Positions 47,653 to 60,824 of a DNA stretch of 64,000 nucleotides are shown one piece after another. Positions within the stretch are counted from its first letter, which is position 1. The number at the start of each line of letters is the position of its first letter. Both the position numbers and the translations under genes were made by a program. Source of the DNA: an uncultured bacterium (GTDB lineage: Bacteria > Krumholzibacteriota > Krumholzibacteriia > JACNKJ01); contig CAVOFT010000001.1 of the NCBI GenBank assembly GCA_963695095.1, positions 1,856,001 through 1,920,000 on the forward strand, in the 5' to 3' direction. The notes beneath the pieces were generated by a model. That model was not told the origin of the DNA. It saw only the letters and a list, made by a program, of their open reading frames with translations, and searched no databases.

Positions 47653-49172
47653 AGATCCGCCGCGCCTTGCTCAGCGTCACGGACAAGTCGGGGCTCGTCG
47701 AGCTGGCGCGCTTCCTCGCCGGCCGCGAGGTGGAGCTGATCGCCAGCGGCGGCACGCGGCGGCATCTGGCCGAGGCGGGCATCGCCACGCGAGAGCTGGC
47801 GGCGTTCACGGGCAGCCCCGAATGCCTCGACGGCCGGGTGAAGACCCTGCACCCGAAAACCTTCGGGGGCATCCTCGCCGACCCGGAGCGCCACGCCGAG
47901 GACCTGAGCCGCCTGGCCTTCCCGCTCATCGATCTCGTCGTGGTCAACCTCTATCGCTTCCGGGAGACGGCGAGCGCGGGCAAGGACGAGGCGGCGACGA
48001 TCGAGGCCATCGACATCGGCGGGCCGAGCCTCCTGCGCGCCGCGGCCAAGAACTGCGCGCGAGTGGCCGTGCTCTGCGCGCCCGCGCAGTACCCGGACTT
48101 CATGGCGGCGGTCGCCGCCGGCGACGGCGACCCCGGCCCCGCGCTCCGGCGGCGCTGGGCGGGCGCGGCCTTCGCGCACACGCGGGACTACGACACGGAC
48201 ATCGCGGCCTGGTTTGCCGGTGAGGACGCTCCGCTGGCCGCCGGTCTCGGGGCGCCCATCGCCAGCCTGCGCTACGGCGAGAACCCGCACCAGCGCGGCG
48301 CGCTCCTGCCCTGGCTCAAGTCGGCACCGCCCTTCGCGCAGCTCGCGGGCGGGGAGCTGTCCTACAACAATCTGCTGGACCTGGGCGCGGCCCTGGACCT
48401 GCTCGGCGACTTCGCGGGCGGCGAGCCGGTCGCGGCGGTGATCAAGCACGGCAATCCCTGCGGCATCGGCTACGGCGCGAACGGCGGCGCCGCGCTCGCC
48501 GCGGCCTGGAGCAGCGATCCCGTCAGCGCCTTCGGCTCGGTGGTGGCGCTCAGCGAGCCGGCCGATGCGGCAGTGGCCGACTTCCTGGCGAAGAAGTTCA
48601 TCGAACTGCTCATCGCGCCCGGCTACCTGCCGGGCGTCCAGGAGCAACTGGCCCGGAAGAGCAAGCTGCGCCTGCTCGTCCTGCCCTCGCTGTCCGCCTG
48701 GCGGGCGCCGCGCCGCCTGCGTTCGGTGGGGCCCCTGCTCCTCGTCCAGGACGAGGATCTCGATCTGGCCCCCGCGGGCGCCTGGCGCCTGGCGACCGGA
48801 CCGGCGCCGGACGCGCTGACCCTGCGCGATCTGGAGCGCGCCTGGCGAGCGGTCAAGCACGTGAAGAGCAATGCGATCGTCGTCTGGAAGGGCGATCAGC
48901 TGCTGGGGGCGGGCGCGGGCCAGACGAGCCGCCTGGACTCCTGCCGCCTTGCCGTGGCCAAGGCCCGCGAGCTGGGCCACGCGCTCGCCGGCGCGGTGGC
49001 GGCCTCGGACGCCTTCTTCCCCTTTCCGGATGGGCTCGAGATCCTGGCCGAGGCGGGCATCCGCGCCGTGGTGCAGCCCGGCGGCTCCATCCGCGACGGC
49101 GACGTGATCGCGCGCGCCGAGGCGCTGGGCATCAGCATGCTGCTCACGGGCGAGCGGCACTTCCGCCACTAG
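47649..49172 (+). CDS. purH: AICAR transformylase / IMP cyclohydrolase
   Basis: [54 protein letters not shown]. Confidence 0.97.
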   Translation: MKIRRALLSVTDKSGLVELARFLAGREVELIASGGTRRHLAEAGIATRELAAFTGSPECLDGRVKTLHPKTFGGILADPERHAEDLSRLAFPLIDLVVVNLYRFRETASAGKDEAATIEAIDIGGPSLLRAAAKNCARVAVLCAPAQYPDFMAAVAAGDGDPGPALRRRWAGAAFAHTRDYDTDIAAWFAGEDAPLAAGLGAPIASLRYGENPHQRGALLPWLKSAPPFAQLAGGELSYNNLLDLGAALDLLGDFAGGEPVAAVIKHGNPCGIGYGANGGAALAAAWSSDPVSAFGSVVALSEPADAAVADFLAKKFIELLIAPGYLPGVQEQLARKSKLRLLVLPSLSAWRAPRRLRSVGPLLLVQDEDLDLAPAGAWRLATGPAPDALTLRDLERAWRAVKHVKSNAIVVWKGDQLLGAGAGQTSRLDSCRLAVAKARELGHALAGAVAASDAFFPFPDGLEILAEAGIRAVVQPGGSIRDGDVIARAEALGISMLLTGERHFRH

Positions 49173-49201
49173 GCGGCAGCGGCCGCCGCGCAAGGAGGAT
49201 C

Positions 49202-50737
49202 GTGCAGGCAGGGATCGTCATTCTCGACTACGGGTCGCAGTACACCCAGCTCATCGCGCGGCGCATCCGCGAGCTGGAGGTGTTCAGCGTCATCCTGCCC
49301 TGGAACGCGAGCGGCGAGGCCATCCTGGCCCACGCGCCCTGCGGCCTCATTCTATCGGGCGGACCGGCGAGCGTCTACGAAGCGGGGGCGCCCGGAGCGA
49401 ACGCCGCGGCCCTGGCCCTCGGCCTGCCCATCCTGGGCATCTGCTACGGCATGCAGATCCTCGGCCGCGAGCTGGGGGCCACCATCGAGCGCAGCGATCG
49501 CCGGGAGTACGGTCTCGCCGAACTGGACTGCGACACCGAGGCCGCCCTGCTGGCGGGCCTGGACGCGCGGGAACCCGTCTGGATGAGCCACGGCGACAGC
49601 ATGCACGATCTGCCGGCGGGAGCGCGGGCCCTGGCGACGAGTCCGGGCAGCCCGATCTGCGCCTTCGCCCACGCGGAGCGCCGCTACTACGGACTCCAGT
49701 TCCACCCCGAAGTCTCGCACACGCTGCACGGCAGCCAGATCCTGCGCAACTTCGTCTTCGGCATCTGCGGAGCGCGGCCGGTGTGGACGCGCGAGCAGTT
49801 CATCGACTCGACCGTGGAGCGCCTGCGCGCGCAGGTGGGCAGCGAGCGCGTCTTCTGCGCGGTGAGCGGCGGCGTCGATTCGACGGTGCTGGCCGCCTTG
49901 CTCTGCCGGGCGCTCGGCCGCCAGGTCGAGTGCGTCTTCATCGACACGGGACTGCTGCGCAAGCACGAGGGCGATGAAGTGAGCGCGCTGTTCGCGCGCT
50001 ACCTGGACGTCTCCTTCCATCGCATCGACGCCGGACCCGATTTCCTGCGCGCCCTGGGCGGCCTCAGCGATCCGGAGGCGAAGCGCAAGGCCATCGGCCA
50101 CACCTTCATCCGCGTCTTCGAGCGCGTGGCGGCCGGGCTGGGCGATCTGCCCTTCTTGGCCCAGGGCACGCTCTACCCGGACGTCATCGAATCCGTCTCC
50201 ACGGGGGGGCCGAGCGCGACGATCAAGAGCCATCACAACGTGGGCGGTCTGCCCGCGGATCTCGCCTTCACCCTGGTCGAGCCCCTGCGCGAGCTCTTCA
50301 AGGACGAGGTGCGCGAGGTCGGGGCCGTCCTCGGCCTGCCCCGCGACTTCCTCGCCCGCCACCCCTTCCCGGGGCCGGGCCTGGCCGTGCGCATCCTCGG
50401 CGAGGTGAGCCCCGACCGCGTGGCCGTGCTGCAGGAGGCCGATGCCCTCTTCATCGACGAGCTGAAGGCCAGCGGCTGGTACGACAAGGTCTGGCAGGCC
50501 CTGGCCGTGCTGCTGCCGGTGCGCTCGGTGGGCGTGATGGGGGACCTGCGCACCTACGAGAATGTCGTCGCACTGCGCGCGGTGGATTCGCTGGACGGCA
50601 TGACCGCCCGCTGGAGCGAGCTGCCGCATGCCCTGCTCGAGCGCGTGAGCAATCGCATCATCGGCAGCGTGCGCGGCATCAATCGCGTGGTCTACGACAT
50701 CAGTTCCAAGCCGCCGGCCACCATCGAGTGGGAGTGA
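49202..50737 (+). CDS. guaA: GMP synthase
   Basis: DYGSQYTQLIARR; GICYGMQ; QFHPEV; SGGVDS; IKSHHNVGG; KPPATIEWE. Confidence 0.98.
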   Translation: MQAGIVILDYGSQYTQLIARRIRELEVFSVILPWNASGEAILAHAPCGLILSGGPASVYEAGAPGANAAALALGLPILGICYGMQILGRELGATIERSDRREYGLAELDCDTEAALLAGLDAREPVWMSHGDSMHDLPAGARALATSPGSPICAFAHAERRYYGLQFHPEVSHTLHGSQILRNFVFGICGARPVWTREQFIDSTVERLRAQVGSERVFCAVSGGVDSTVLAALLCRALGRQVECVFIDTGLLRKHEGDEVSALFARYLDVSFHRIDAGPDFLRALGGLSDPEAKRKAIGHTFIRVFERVAAGLGDLPFLAQGTLYPDVIESVSTGGPSATIKSHHNVGGLPADLAFTLVEPLRELFKDEVREVGAVLGLPRDFLARHPFPGPGLAVRILGEVSPDRVAVLQEADALFIDELKASGWYDKVWQALAVLLPVRSVGVMGDLRTYENVVALRAVDSLDGMTARWSELPHALLERVSNRIIGSVRGINRVVYDISSKPPATIEWE

Positions 50738-50739
50738 AC

Positions 50740-52080
50740 ATGCACCGCGCCTTCCCGGCCGCCGGCCTCTGGTTCGGCGTTCTGATCTGCGCGGCGGGGC
50801 CGGCGCGCGCCGCCGCCGGCGAGCGGGAGACCAGCTATGTCTACCCGCCCTTCAAGCACACGCTGGGCATGCAGCGCGTGGGCGAGCTGGAGCTCAAGCT
50901 CTTCCTCGGGCCGAGCGCCCGCCTTGACAACCCGCAGGGCCTGGCCGCAGGCAAGCCCGAGAGCCGCGACGATGCCAGGACGGAGCGCGACGACGATGAG
51001 CTGAGTCTGTTCCTCGTCAACTCGGGGCGGGGCGAGATCATCTACAACCCCTCGCAGACCAGCCTCAAGCGCTTCGGCCGCAGCGGCAGCGGCCCGGGCG
51101 AGTTCGCGGGGGCCCGCGGCATCGCCGTCGATCGCAGTGGGATCGTCGCGGTGGCCGACACGGGCAATCGGCGCCTCGTCCTGCTCCGGCTCGGCCCCGA
51201 CGAGCTGATCTGGGAAACGGCGATCACCCGCGCCGACCGGGCCTTCAGCCCGACGGCCGTCGCCTTCGCCGGCGGGCTGCTCTGGGCCACGGACTATGCC
51301 AGGGGCCGCATCCTGCGCTTCCAGCCGGAGGGAACCTGGCTGGACGTCTGGCCCCTGGCCGCGCCGGCCACGCTCGAGGGGCCCTTGGCGCTGGCCGTGC
51401 AGGCGAAGGGCGATCCCTGGAATCAAGCGGGGCAGTTCACCCTGGCGGTGGTGGACCAGGGCGGCGCGCGCCTGTCCTGTTTCGACGAGGCGGGCGCCCT
51501 GCGCGCGCAGGCGCGGGTGGCCGATCTGGTGCCGGGCCCGGCCAGTCTCGGCTATCCGGTCATCGACCTGCACGGACAGATCATCGTGCCCGACTCCACG
51601 GGCGGGCGCCTGATCAAGCTGGATCCCGAACTGCGCGTCCTGGACGTGCTCGACCATATCGACAACGACGATCGCCCCCTGCAACGTCCCAATTCGCTGG
51701 CCCTGTACCGCCGCTTCGGCCAGCTCTTCATCGTCGAGGCCCGCGGCGGCTCCTACGCCTGGACGGGCACCAAGCTCAGCGCCCTGCGCGCGGTCAGGGT
51801 GGACGGCCAGGGCAAGCCGGGTCTGCAGGTCGACTATCAGCTCAGCGAACCCAGCCTCATCAGCGTCGAACTGCTCGTCGGCGGCCAGGCGCGCGAGCTG
51901 ATGCCTGCGCGGCGGCGCGGGGCCGGCGAGCGCCGCGAATGGCTGGCGTTGCCGGCGGACGCGGGGCCGCAGGCGATTCTCGTCGTCAAGGCGCGGCCGA
52001 CCTACTCGGCCCAGCAGCAGCTCACGGTGGAGCGACGCCTGCCCTTGCCGCCGGCGCCGCGCGCCGGCGGGGGTGACTAG
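50740..52080 (+). CDS. Exported NHL-repeat beta-propeller protein
   Basis: Signal peptide; FGRSGSGPGEFAGARGIAVDRSGIVAVADTGNRRL; further propeller blades. Confidence 0.78.
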   Translation: MHRAFPAAGLWFGVLICAAGPARAAAGERETSYVYPPFKHTLGMQRVGELELKLFLGPSARLDNPQGLAAGKPESRDDARTERDDDELSLFLVNSGRGEIIYNPSQTSLKRFGRSGSGPGEFAGARGIAVDRSGIVAVADTGNRRLVLLRLGPDELIWETAITRADRAFSPTAVAFAGGLLWATDYARGRILRFQPEGTWLDVWPLAAPATLEGPLALAVQAKGDPWNQAGQFTLAVVDQGGARLSCFDEAGALRAQARVADLVPGPASLGYPVIDLHGQIIVPDSTGGRLIKLDPELRVLDVLDHIDNDDRPLQRPNSLALYRRFGQLFIVEARGGSYAWTGTKLSALRAVRVDGQGKPGLQVDYQLSEPSLISVELLVGGQARELMPARRRGAGERREWLALPADAGPQAILVVKARPTYSAQQQLTVERRLPLPPAPRAGGGD

Positions 52081-52083
52081 GCG

Positions 52084-52668
52084 ATGGCCCCGCCCCGCGC
52101 CGGCTGGCGAGCCGAGGGCCTGCGCAAGAGCGTGCACCTGGCGACGGTGCTCATCCCCCTCGCGGTCTGGTTCCTGCCGCCGCGCCTCTGGCGCTGGCCG
52201 CTGGTGGGCCTGACGGTCGGCGTGCTCGCGATCGATTTCACGCGCCTCGGTGCGCCGCGCTTCGGTCGCTTCGTGCGCGCGCTGGCGGGCGACGCCCTGC
52301 GGCGGCACGAGCGCAAGGAACTCTCGGGCTCGAGCTATCTGGCGCTGGGCGTCCTGCTGGCCGCGCTGGTCTTTCCGCGGCCGGTGGCCGTGGCGGCCAT
52401 GGGCTACCTGATCCTCGGCGACGGACTCGCGGGCCTGGTGGGACGCAGTTTCGGGCGCCGGCCCCTGGCCTTCGGCAAGAGCCTGGAAGGCACCGCGGCC
52501 GGCCTGGCCGCGAATCTGCTGGTGGGCCTGCTCACGGTGCACGAACTGCCGGCCGTCCTGCTCGGCGCCGGCGTGGCATCGGCTGTGGAATTGCTGCCCT
52601 TGCCCCTGGACGACAACCTGGCCATCCCCCTCGTCAGCGGCACCATCCTCTGGTGGGCCCTGCTGTGA
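52084..52668 (+). CDS. Diacylglycerol/polyprenol (SEC59/VTE5-type) kinase family membrane protein
   Basis: RKSVHL; LRRHE; GDGLAGLVGRSFG; KSLEG; DDNLAIP. Confidence 0.88.
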   Translation: MAPPRAGWRAEGLRKSVHLATVLIPLAVWFLPPRLWRWPLVGLTVGVLAIDFTRLGAPRFGRFVRALAGDALRRHERKELSGSSYLALGVLLAALVFPRPVAVAAMGYLILGDGLAGLVGRSFGRRPLAFGKSLEGTAAGLAANLLVGLLTVHELPAVLLGAGVASAVELLPLPLDDNLAIPLVSGTILWWALL

Positions 52669-52704
52669 GGCGGCGCCTGGCCTCAGCGCTCGGGAGCCGC
52701 CGCC

Positions 52705-53403
52705 GTGTCTGAAGCGAAGTTCCGACCCTACACGGAGTACCGGGAACTGCCGCCGGCCGCGATGCGGGAGCGGGCGCGCGAATTTCGCGAGGAGCTGAGC
52801 CGGCGCCGCAGCGTGCGCCAGTTCTCGCCGCGGCCCGTTCCCCTGGAGTTGATCGCCGACTGCCTGGGCGCCGCGGGTAGCGCCCCCAGCGGCGCCAATC
52901 GCCAGCCCTGGCACTTCGCGGTGGTCAGCGATGCCGCCCTCAAGCGGCGCCTGCGCGAGGCGGCCGAGGCGGAGGAGCGCGCCTTCTACGCGGAGCGCGC
53001 CCCGCGCGAGTGGCTGGAGGCGCTCGGGCCCCTGGGCACGGATGCCGACAAGCCCTTCCTCGAGACCGCGCCCTTCCTGATCGCGATCTTCGCTCGCCGC
53101 TGGGAGGCGCCGCCGGAGGGCGGGCGCCTGCCGAACTACTACGTGAACGAGTCGGTGGGCATCGCCACCGGTCTGCTCATCGCCGCGCTGCACCGGGCCG
53201 GTCTTGCCACCCTGACGCACACGCCGAGCCCGATGGGTTTCCTCGCCGAGCTGCTCGGGCGGCCGGCCGCGGAGCGGCCCTACCTGCTGCTGGTCACCGG
53301 CTATCCCGAGGCCGGCGTCCAGGTGCCGGACATCGGGCGCAAGGGGCTGGCCGAGATCGCGAGCCTGGACGGGGGCGCCTTCCCGGAGGAAGCCGGGCGC
53401 TGA
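52705..53403 (+). CDS. Nitroreductase-superfamily iodotyrosine deiodinase (IYD) homolog
   Basis: [54 protein letters not shown]. Confidence 0.88.
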   Translation: MSEAKFRPYTEYRELPPAAMRERAREFREELSRRRSVRQFSPRPVPLELIADCLGAAGSAPSGANRQPWHFAVVSDAALKRRLREAAEAEERAFYAERAPREWLEALGPLGTDADKPFLETAPFLIAIFARRWEAPPEGGRLPNYYVNESVGIATGLLIAALHRAGLATLTHTPSPMGFLAELLGRPAAERPYLLLVTGYPEAGVQVPDIGRKGLAEIASLDGGAFPEEAGR

Positions 53404-53526
53404 TCGAGGGCGGCCGGCGCGAGCGGGCCGCTGCGGACGGGAGCCCCGCGCCCGGGGCGATCGCTAGGCGCTGCAGGCACTTGGCGGCGAGGGCGGGGCA
53501 TTGCCAGGGCGCTGGGCGCCCCCGGT

Positions 53527-53555
53527 TTGACAGCCGGGGCCGCCGCCCTTACATT
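53527..53555 (+). promoter_or_regulatory. Sigma70-type promoter of secA
   Basis: TTGACA-N17-TACATT, same hexamers as at 35797. Confidence 0.8.
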
Positions 53556-53602
53556 GGCTGCGCCTAAATGATGCAATTCCAAGCTGATGAGGTGTGGATC
53601 CC

Positions 53603-56638
<3,036 letters not shown>

Positions 56639-56723
56639 ACAGCGCCGGCCGCGGGAAATTGGGGGCTGGACGGAGTGCAGGTCTGATGCTAGCTTGCCGC
56701 GCAACCCGGGGAGCGATGAGGGT

Positions 56724-57158
56724 ATGCAGAAGCGCTTGAAGGAAATCGTGATCTACATCTTGGAGCACGGCAGCGGGCTCGCGCCGGACCAGCGGGCGCA
56801 ACTCGAGCGCATGCGGGGCGAGTTGTCGGCGGCCGGCCTGCCGGAGGCCGCCATCGAAGCCGCCATCCACGAGATCCTCGAACTCGGCGTGGGCCGCGGC
56901 CGCCGCGAGAGCGGCGCGGCCGGCGGCATGGCGATGGCCCAGACGGCGCAGGGCTACCTGCAGCGCCTGGTCAATCTCGGCCTCATCGACGAGGAGCAGC
57001 GCGAGGAGCTGATCGAGCGGGCGCGCCGGGTCCATCCGGGCGGGGCCAGTCTCGACGACATCCAGTTCCTGGCCGCCTCCCTCATCTTCGATGAGAGCCT
57101 CGGCATCATCTGGGGTTGGGACGGCGAGATCCAGACCTCCGCACACCCCCTCCACTGA
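56724..57158 (+). CDS. smg: Smg/DUF494-family protein
   Basis: EIVIYI; ELSAAG..IEAAI; AQGYLQRLVNLGLIDEEQREELIERA; upstream of topA. Confidence 0.8.
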   Translation: MQKRLKEIVIYILEHGSGLAPDQRAQLERMRGELSAAGLPEAAIEAAIHEILELGVGRGRRESGAAGGMAMAQTAQGYLQRLVNLGLIDEEQREELIERARRVHPGGASLDDIQFLAASLIFDESLGIIWGWDGEIQTSAHPLH

Positions 57159-57176
57159 GCCTCCGGAGCGACCGGC

Positions 57177-59474
57177 ATGTCCCAGAAGCTGCTCATCGTC
57201 GAGAGCCCCACGAAGGCACGTACGTTCCAGAAGTACCTCGGGCGCGGCTACATCATCAAGGCCAGCAAGGGCCATGTGGTGGACCTGCCCAAGAGCAAGC
57301 TGGGCATCGATCTCGAGAACGGTTTCGAGCCGCAGTACGTGACGATTCGCGGCAAGGGCAAGGTCATCAAGGAGCTCGAGCTGGCGGCGCGCAAGGTGGA
57401 CGAGGTGCTGCTGGCCACCGATCCCGACCGCGAAGGGGAGGCGATCGCCTGGCATCTCAAGCAGCATCTCGAGCGCCGGCAGCCGAACATTCGCCGCGTT
57501 CTGCTCAATGAGATCACGAAGGAGGCCATCGCCGAGGCCGTCAAGCACCCCGGCGAGGTGGACCTGCGCAAGGTGGAGGCCCAGCAGGCGCGGCGCGTGC
57601 TGGACCGGCTGGTCGGCTACCAGATCAGTCCCTTGCTCTGGAAGATCTTCTACTACGGGCTCAGCGCGGGCCGCGTGCAGAGCGTGGCGCTGCGCCTCAT
57701 CGTGGAGCGCGAGGAGGAGCGGCGGCGCTTCGTGCGTGAGGAGTACTGGTCCCTGCGCGGCGAGTTCACGGGCGCGGCGGGTCAGCCCTTCGAGGGCAAG
57801 CTGATCAAGTGGCGCGGGGAAGAGCCCAAGCTGGCCGATGCCGACACGGCGCGCTCGGTGCTGGCGGCCCTCGGCGTGGCGCCGGCGGCGCTCAGCGCGG
57901 CGAGCGACGAGGCGCTGGGCGCCGGCGACCAGCTGCTGCCGGTGGGGACGAGCCCGGCCTACCGCGTGGCGGCGGTGGAGCGCAAGCAGCGCCGGCGTTC
58001 GCCCGAGCCGCCCTACATCACCAGCACCCTGCAGCGCGATGCCAGCAGCAAGCTGGGCTTCACGGCCCGGCGCACGATGATGCTCGCCCAGCAGCTCTAC
58101 GAGGGGCTCGACCTGGGCGAGGAGGGCGCCGTCGGCCTGATCACCTACATGCGCACCGACTCCACCCGCATCGCCGACAGCGCGCGGGCCGAGCACCGCG
58201 AGTACGTGCTGGAACAGTTCGGAGCGGACTACATGCCGCCGCAGCCGCGGCAGTTCAAGGTAAAGGCCGGCGCGCAGGATGCCCACGAGGCCATCCGGCC
58301 CACCAGCGTGGCGCGCAGCCCGGAGTCCCTGCGCAGCTACCTTGGCAAGGACCAGCTCGCCGTGTATCGGCTGATCTGGCAGCGCTACATGGCCAGCCTG
58401 ATGGCGGAGGCCCGCTTCGAGGCGACGGGCGTGGACATCCATTGTTCCGACGCGGTTTTTCGGGCGACGGGCAGCCGCCTGCTCTTCGACGGTTACCGGC
58501 GGGTGCTCGGCCCCGCACGGGGTAGCAAGGCCGAGGAGGCGGGCGGCAACGGCGACGGCGAGCGCCTCTTGCCGGCCATCGAGGAGGGCGAGACGCTGAC
58601 GGCGGCCCTGGCCCCTCGCCAGCATTTCACGGAGCCGCCGCCGCGCTATTCCGAGAGCAGCCTGATCAAGGAACTCGAGGAGCGCGGCATCGGGCGGCCG
58701 AGCACCTATGCGAGCATCGTCGGCACCATCCAGGGCCGCGACTACCTCATCCTCGACGACAGCCGGCGCTTCCAGCCCACCGAACTGGGGGAGAGCGTCT
58801 GGAAGGTGCTGGCCGAGGGCTTCCCCAAGCTCTTCGAAGTGGGCTTCACGGCGCGCATGGAGGCGGAACTGGACAAGGTCGAGGAGGGCGACGCGGCGTG
58901 GCGGGACGTCGTCGGCCATCTCTACACGCCGATGAAGCGGGCCCTGGACGCCGTGGAGAAGCGCACCGATCATCTGCGCGAGGCCATCCGCGAGGAGACC
59001 GGCGAACCCTGCGAGAAGTGCGGCCGGCCCATGATCAAGACCTGGGGCCGCAACGGCCGCTTCATGGCCTGCAGCGGCTACCCGGAGTGCCGCAACTCCA
59101 GGCCCCTGGAGGCGCCGACGGCGGCGGGCGATCAGCAGTGTCCCGAGTGCGGCGCGCAGATGATGGTGCGCGTGGGCCGCTTCGGCCGCTTCGCGGCCTG
59201 CTCGCGCTATCCGGACTGCAAGGGCACCGCCCCGCTGGAGATCGGCGTCGGCTGTCCTCGCGAAGCCTGCAGCGGTCGCCTCGTGGAGAAGCGCAGCAAG
59301 CGGGGACGCACCTTCTACGGCTGCAATCGCTATCCCGACTGCGATTTCGCGAGCTGGAGCAAGCCCGTCGCCGCCCCCTGCCCCGATTGCGGAGGCCTGG
59401 TGGTGGAGAAGGCGAGCAAGGCCAAGGGCAGCTTCCAGCAGTGCACACTCTGCAAGCTGGAGATCCCCGAATAG
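57177..59474 (+). CDS. topA: DNA topoisomerase I with C-terminal zinc ribbons
   Basis: IVESPTKA; ATDPDREGEAI; SAGRVQS; ITYMRTDS; AHEAIRPT; GIGRPSTY. Confidence 0.98.
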   Translation: MSQKLLIVESPTKARTFQKYLGRGYIIKASKGHVVDLPKSKLGIDLENGFEPQYVTIRGKGKVIKELELAARKVDEVLLATDPDREGEAIAWHLKQHLERRQPNIRRVLLNEITKEAIAEAVKHPGEVDLRKVEAQQARRVLDRLVGYQISPLLWKIFYYGLSAGRVQSVALRLIVEREEERRRFVREEYWSLRGEFTGAAGQPFEGKLIKWRGEEPKLADADTARSVLAALGVAPAALSAASDEALGAGDQLLPVGTSPAYRVAAVERKQRRRSPEPPYITSTLQRDASSKLGFTARRTMMLAQQLYEGLDLGEEGAVGLITYMRTDSTRIADSARAEHREYVLEQFGADYMPPQPRQFKVKAGAQDAHEAIRPTSVARSPESLRSYLGKDQLAVYRLIWQRYMASLMAEARFEATGVDIHCSDAVFRATGSRLLFDGYRRVLGPARGSKAEEAGGNGDGERLLPAIEEGETLTAALAPRQHFTEPPPRYSESSLIKELEERGIGRPSTYASIVGTIQGRDYLILDDSRRFQPTELGESVWKVLAEGFPKLFEVGFTARMEAELDKVEEGDAAWRDVVGHLYTPMKRALDAVEKRTDHLREAIREETGEPCEKCGRPMIKTWGRNGRFMACSGYPECRNSRPLEAPTAAGDQQCPECGAQMMVRVGRFGRFAACSRYPDCKGTAPLEIGVGCPREACSGRLVEKRSKRGRTFYGCNRYPDCDFASWSKPVAAPCPDCGGLVVEKASKAKGSFQQCTLCKLEIPE

Positions 59475-59475
59475 C

Positions 59476-60801
59476 TTGAGCGAGCCCGTCCTCATCATCG
59501 GGGCCGGCCTCGCCGGCTGCGAGGCCGCGCTGGCGCTCGCGGCGGCGGGCGTGCCCGTGCGCCTCTGCGAGCAGAAGCCCGGGCGGCGCTCGCCGGCGCA
59601 CCGTCTCGATGGACCCGCCGAACTCGTCTGCAGCAATTCGCTCAAGTCGATCCGTCTGGATAGCGCCAGCGGGCTGCTCAAGGAGGAGATGCGCCGCCTG
59701 GGCAGTCGCCTGCTACCCCTGGCCGAGAGCTGCGCGCTGCCCGCAGGGGCGGCCCTGGCGGTGGAGCCCGCCGTCTTCAGCGCGCGGGTGGCGGCGGCCC
59801 TGGCCGCAGCGCCGGGCATCGAGCGCTGCGCCGGGGAGCAGACCGAGCTGCCCGCGGCGGGCCTGGCCATCGTGGCCACGGGCCCCCTGACGAGCCCCGC
59901 CCTCAGCGCCGCCATCGAGGGCCACTTCGGCCAGAGCCGTCTGAGCTTCTACGATGCCATCGCGCCCAGCGTCACCCGCGAGAGCCTGGACGATGCCGCC
60001 CTCTTCAGCGCGAGCCGCTACGACAAGGGCGAGGCGGACTACCTCAACGCCCCTCTGGACGCCGAGGCCTACGCCGCCTTCACCGCGGCCCTGGCCGCGG
60101 CGGAGCCCTATCCGGCCAAGGACTTCGAACAGGGCGTGCCCTACTTCGAGGCCTGTCTCCCGGTGGAAGTGATCGCGGCGCGGGGGGCGGAGTCCCTGCG
60201 CTTCGGTCCGCTGCGGCCCGTGGGTCTGCGCGACCCGGTCAGCGGCCGGCGGCCCCACGCCGTGCTGCAACTGCGCCGCGAGAATGCCGCGGGCACGATC
60301 TGGGGCCTGGTCGGCTGCCAGACCCGCCTGCGCATCGGCGATCAGGAGCGCATCTTTCGCCTGGTGCCGGCCCTCGCCAGCGCCGAGTTCGTGCGCCATG
60401 GGGCGATGCACCGCAATTTCTTCCTCGACTTTCCCCGCACGCTCACCCCCTGCCAGGAGAGCCGGCGCCAAGCGGGACTCTTCTTCGCGGGGCAGATGAC
60501 GGGCGTCGAGGGCTACGTGGAGTCCATGGCCAGCGGCCTGCTGGCCGCCCGGCAGGTGCTGGCCCGCCTGGCGGGCCAGGAGCCGTCGCTGCCGCCCGCC
60601 GAAACCTTGCTGGGCGCGCTGATGCGCTTCCTGGCGGGGCAGGCGCCCGGCGGCGCGCAGCCGATGAACGCGGCCTTCGGCCTGCTGCCGCCGCTGGCGG
60701 GGCGGCTGCCCGGCAAGTCCGCCCGCAAACAGGCCTACGCGGAGCGCAGCCTGGCCGCCCTCGACGCTTACCTGCAGGAAGCGCGAGACTTGCAGGCCTG
60801 A
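59476..60801 (+). CDS. trmFO: Folate/FAD-dependent tRNA m5U54 methyltransferase
   Basis: IIGAGLAGCEAA; ELVCSNSL; FYDAIAP; YFEACLPVE; GAMHRN; AGQMTGVEGYVES. Confidence 0.95.
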   Translation: MSEPVLIIGAGLAGCEAALALAAAGVPVRLCEQKPGRRSPAHRLDGPAELVCSNSLKSIRLDSASGLLKEEMRRLGSRLLPLAESCALPAGAALAVEPAVFSARVAAALAAAPGIERCAGEQTELPAAGLAIVATGPLTSPALSAAIEGHFGQSRLSFYDAIAPSVTRESLDDAALFSASRYDKGEADYLNAPLDAEAYAAFTAALAAAEPYPAKDFEQGVPYFEACLPVEVIAARGAESLRFGPLRPVGLRDPVSGRRPHAVLQLRRENAAGTIWGLVGCQTRLRIGDQERIFRLVPALASAEFVRHGAMHRNFFLDFPRTLTPCQESRRQAGLFFAGQMTGVEGYVESMASGLLAARQVLARLAGQEPSLPPAETLLGALMRFLAGQAPGGAQPMNAAFGLLPPLAGRLPGKSARKQAYAERSLAALDAYLQEARDLQA

Positions 60802-60824
60802 GGGCGCTCTGCTAGTTTCCCGCC

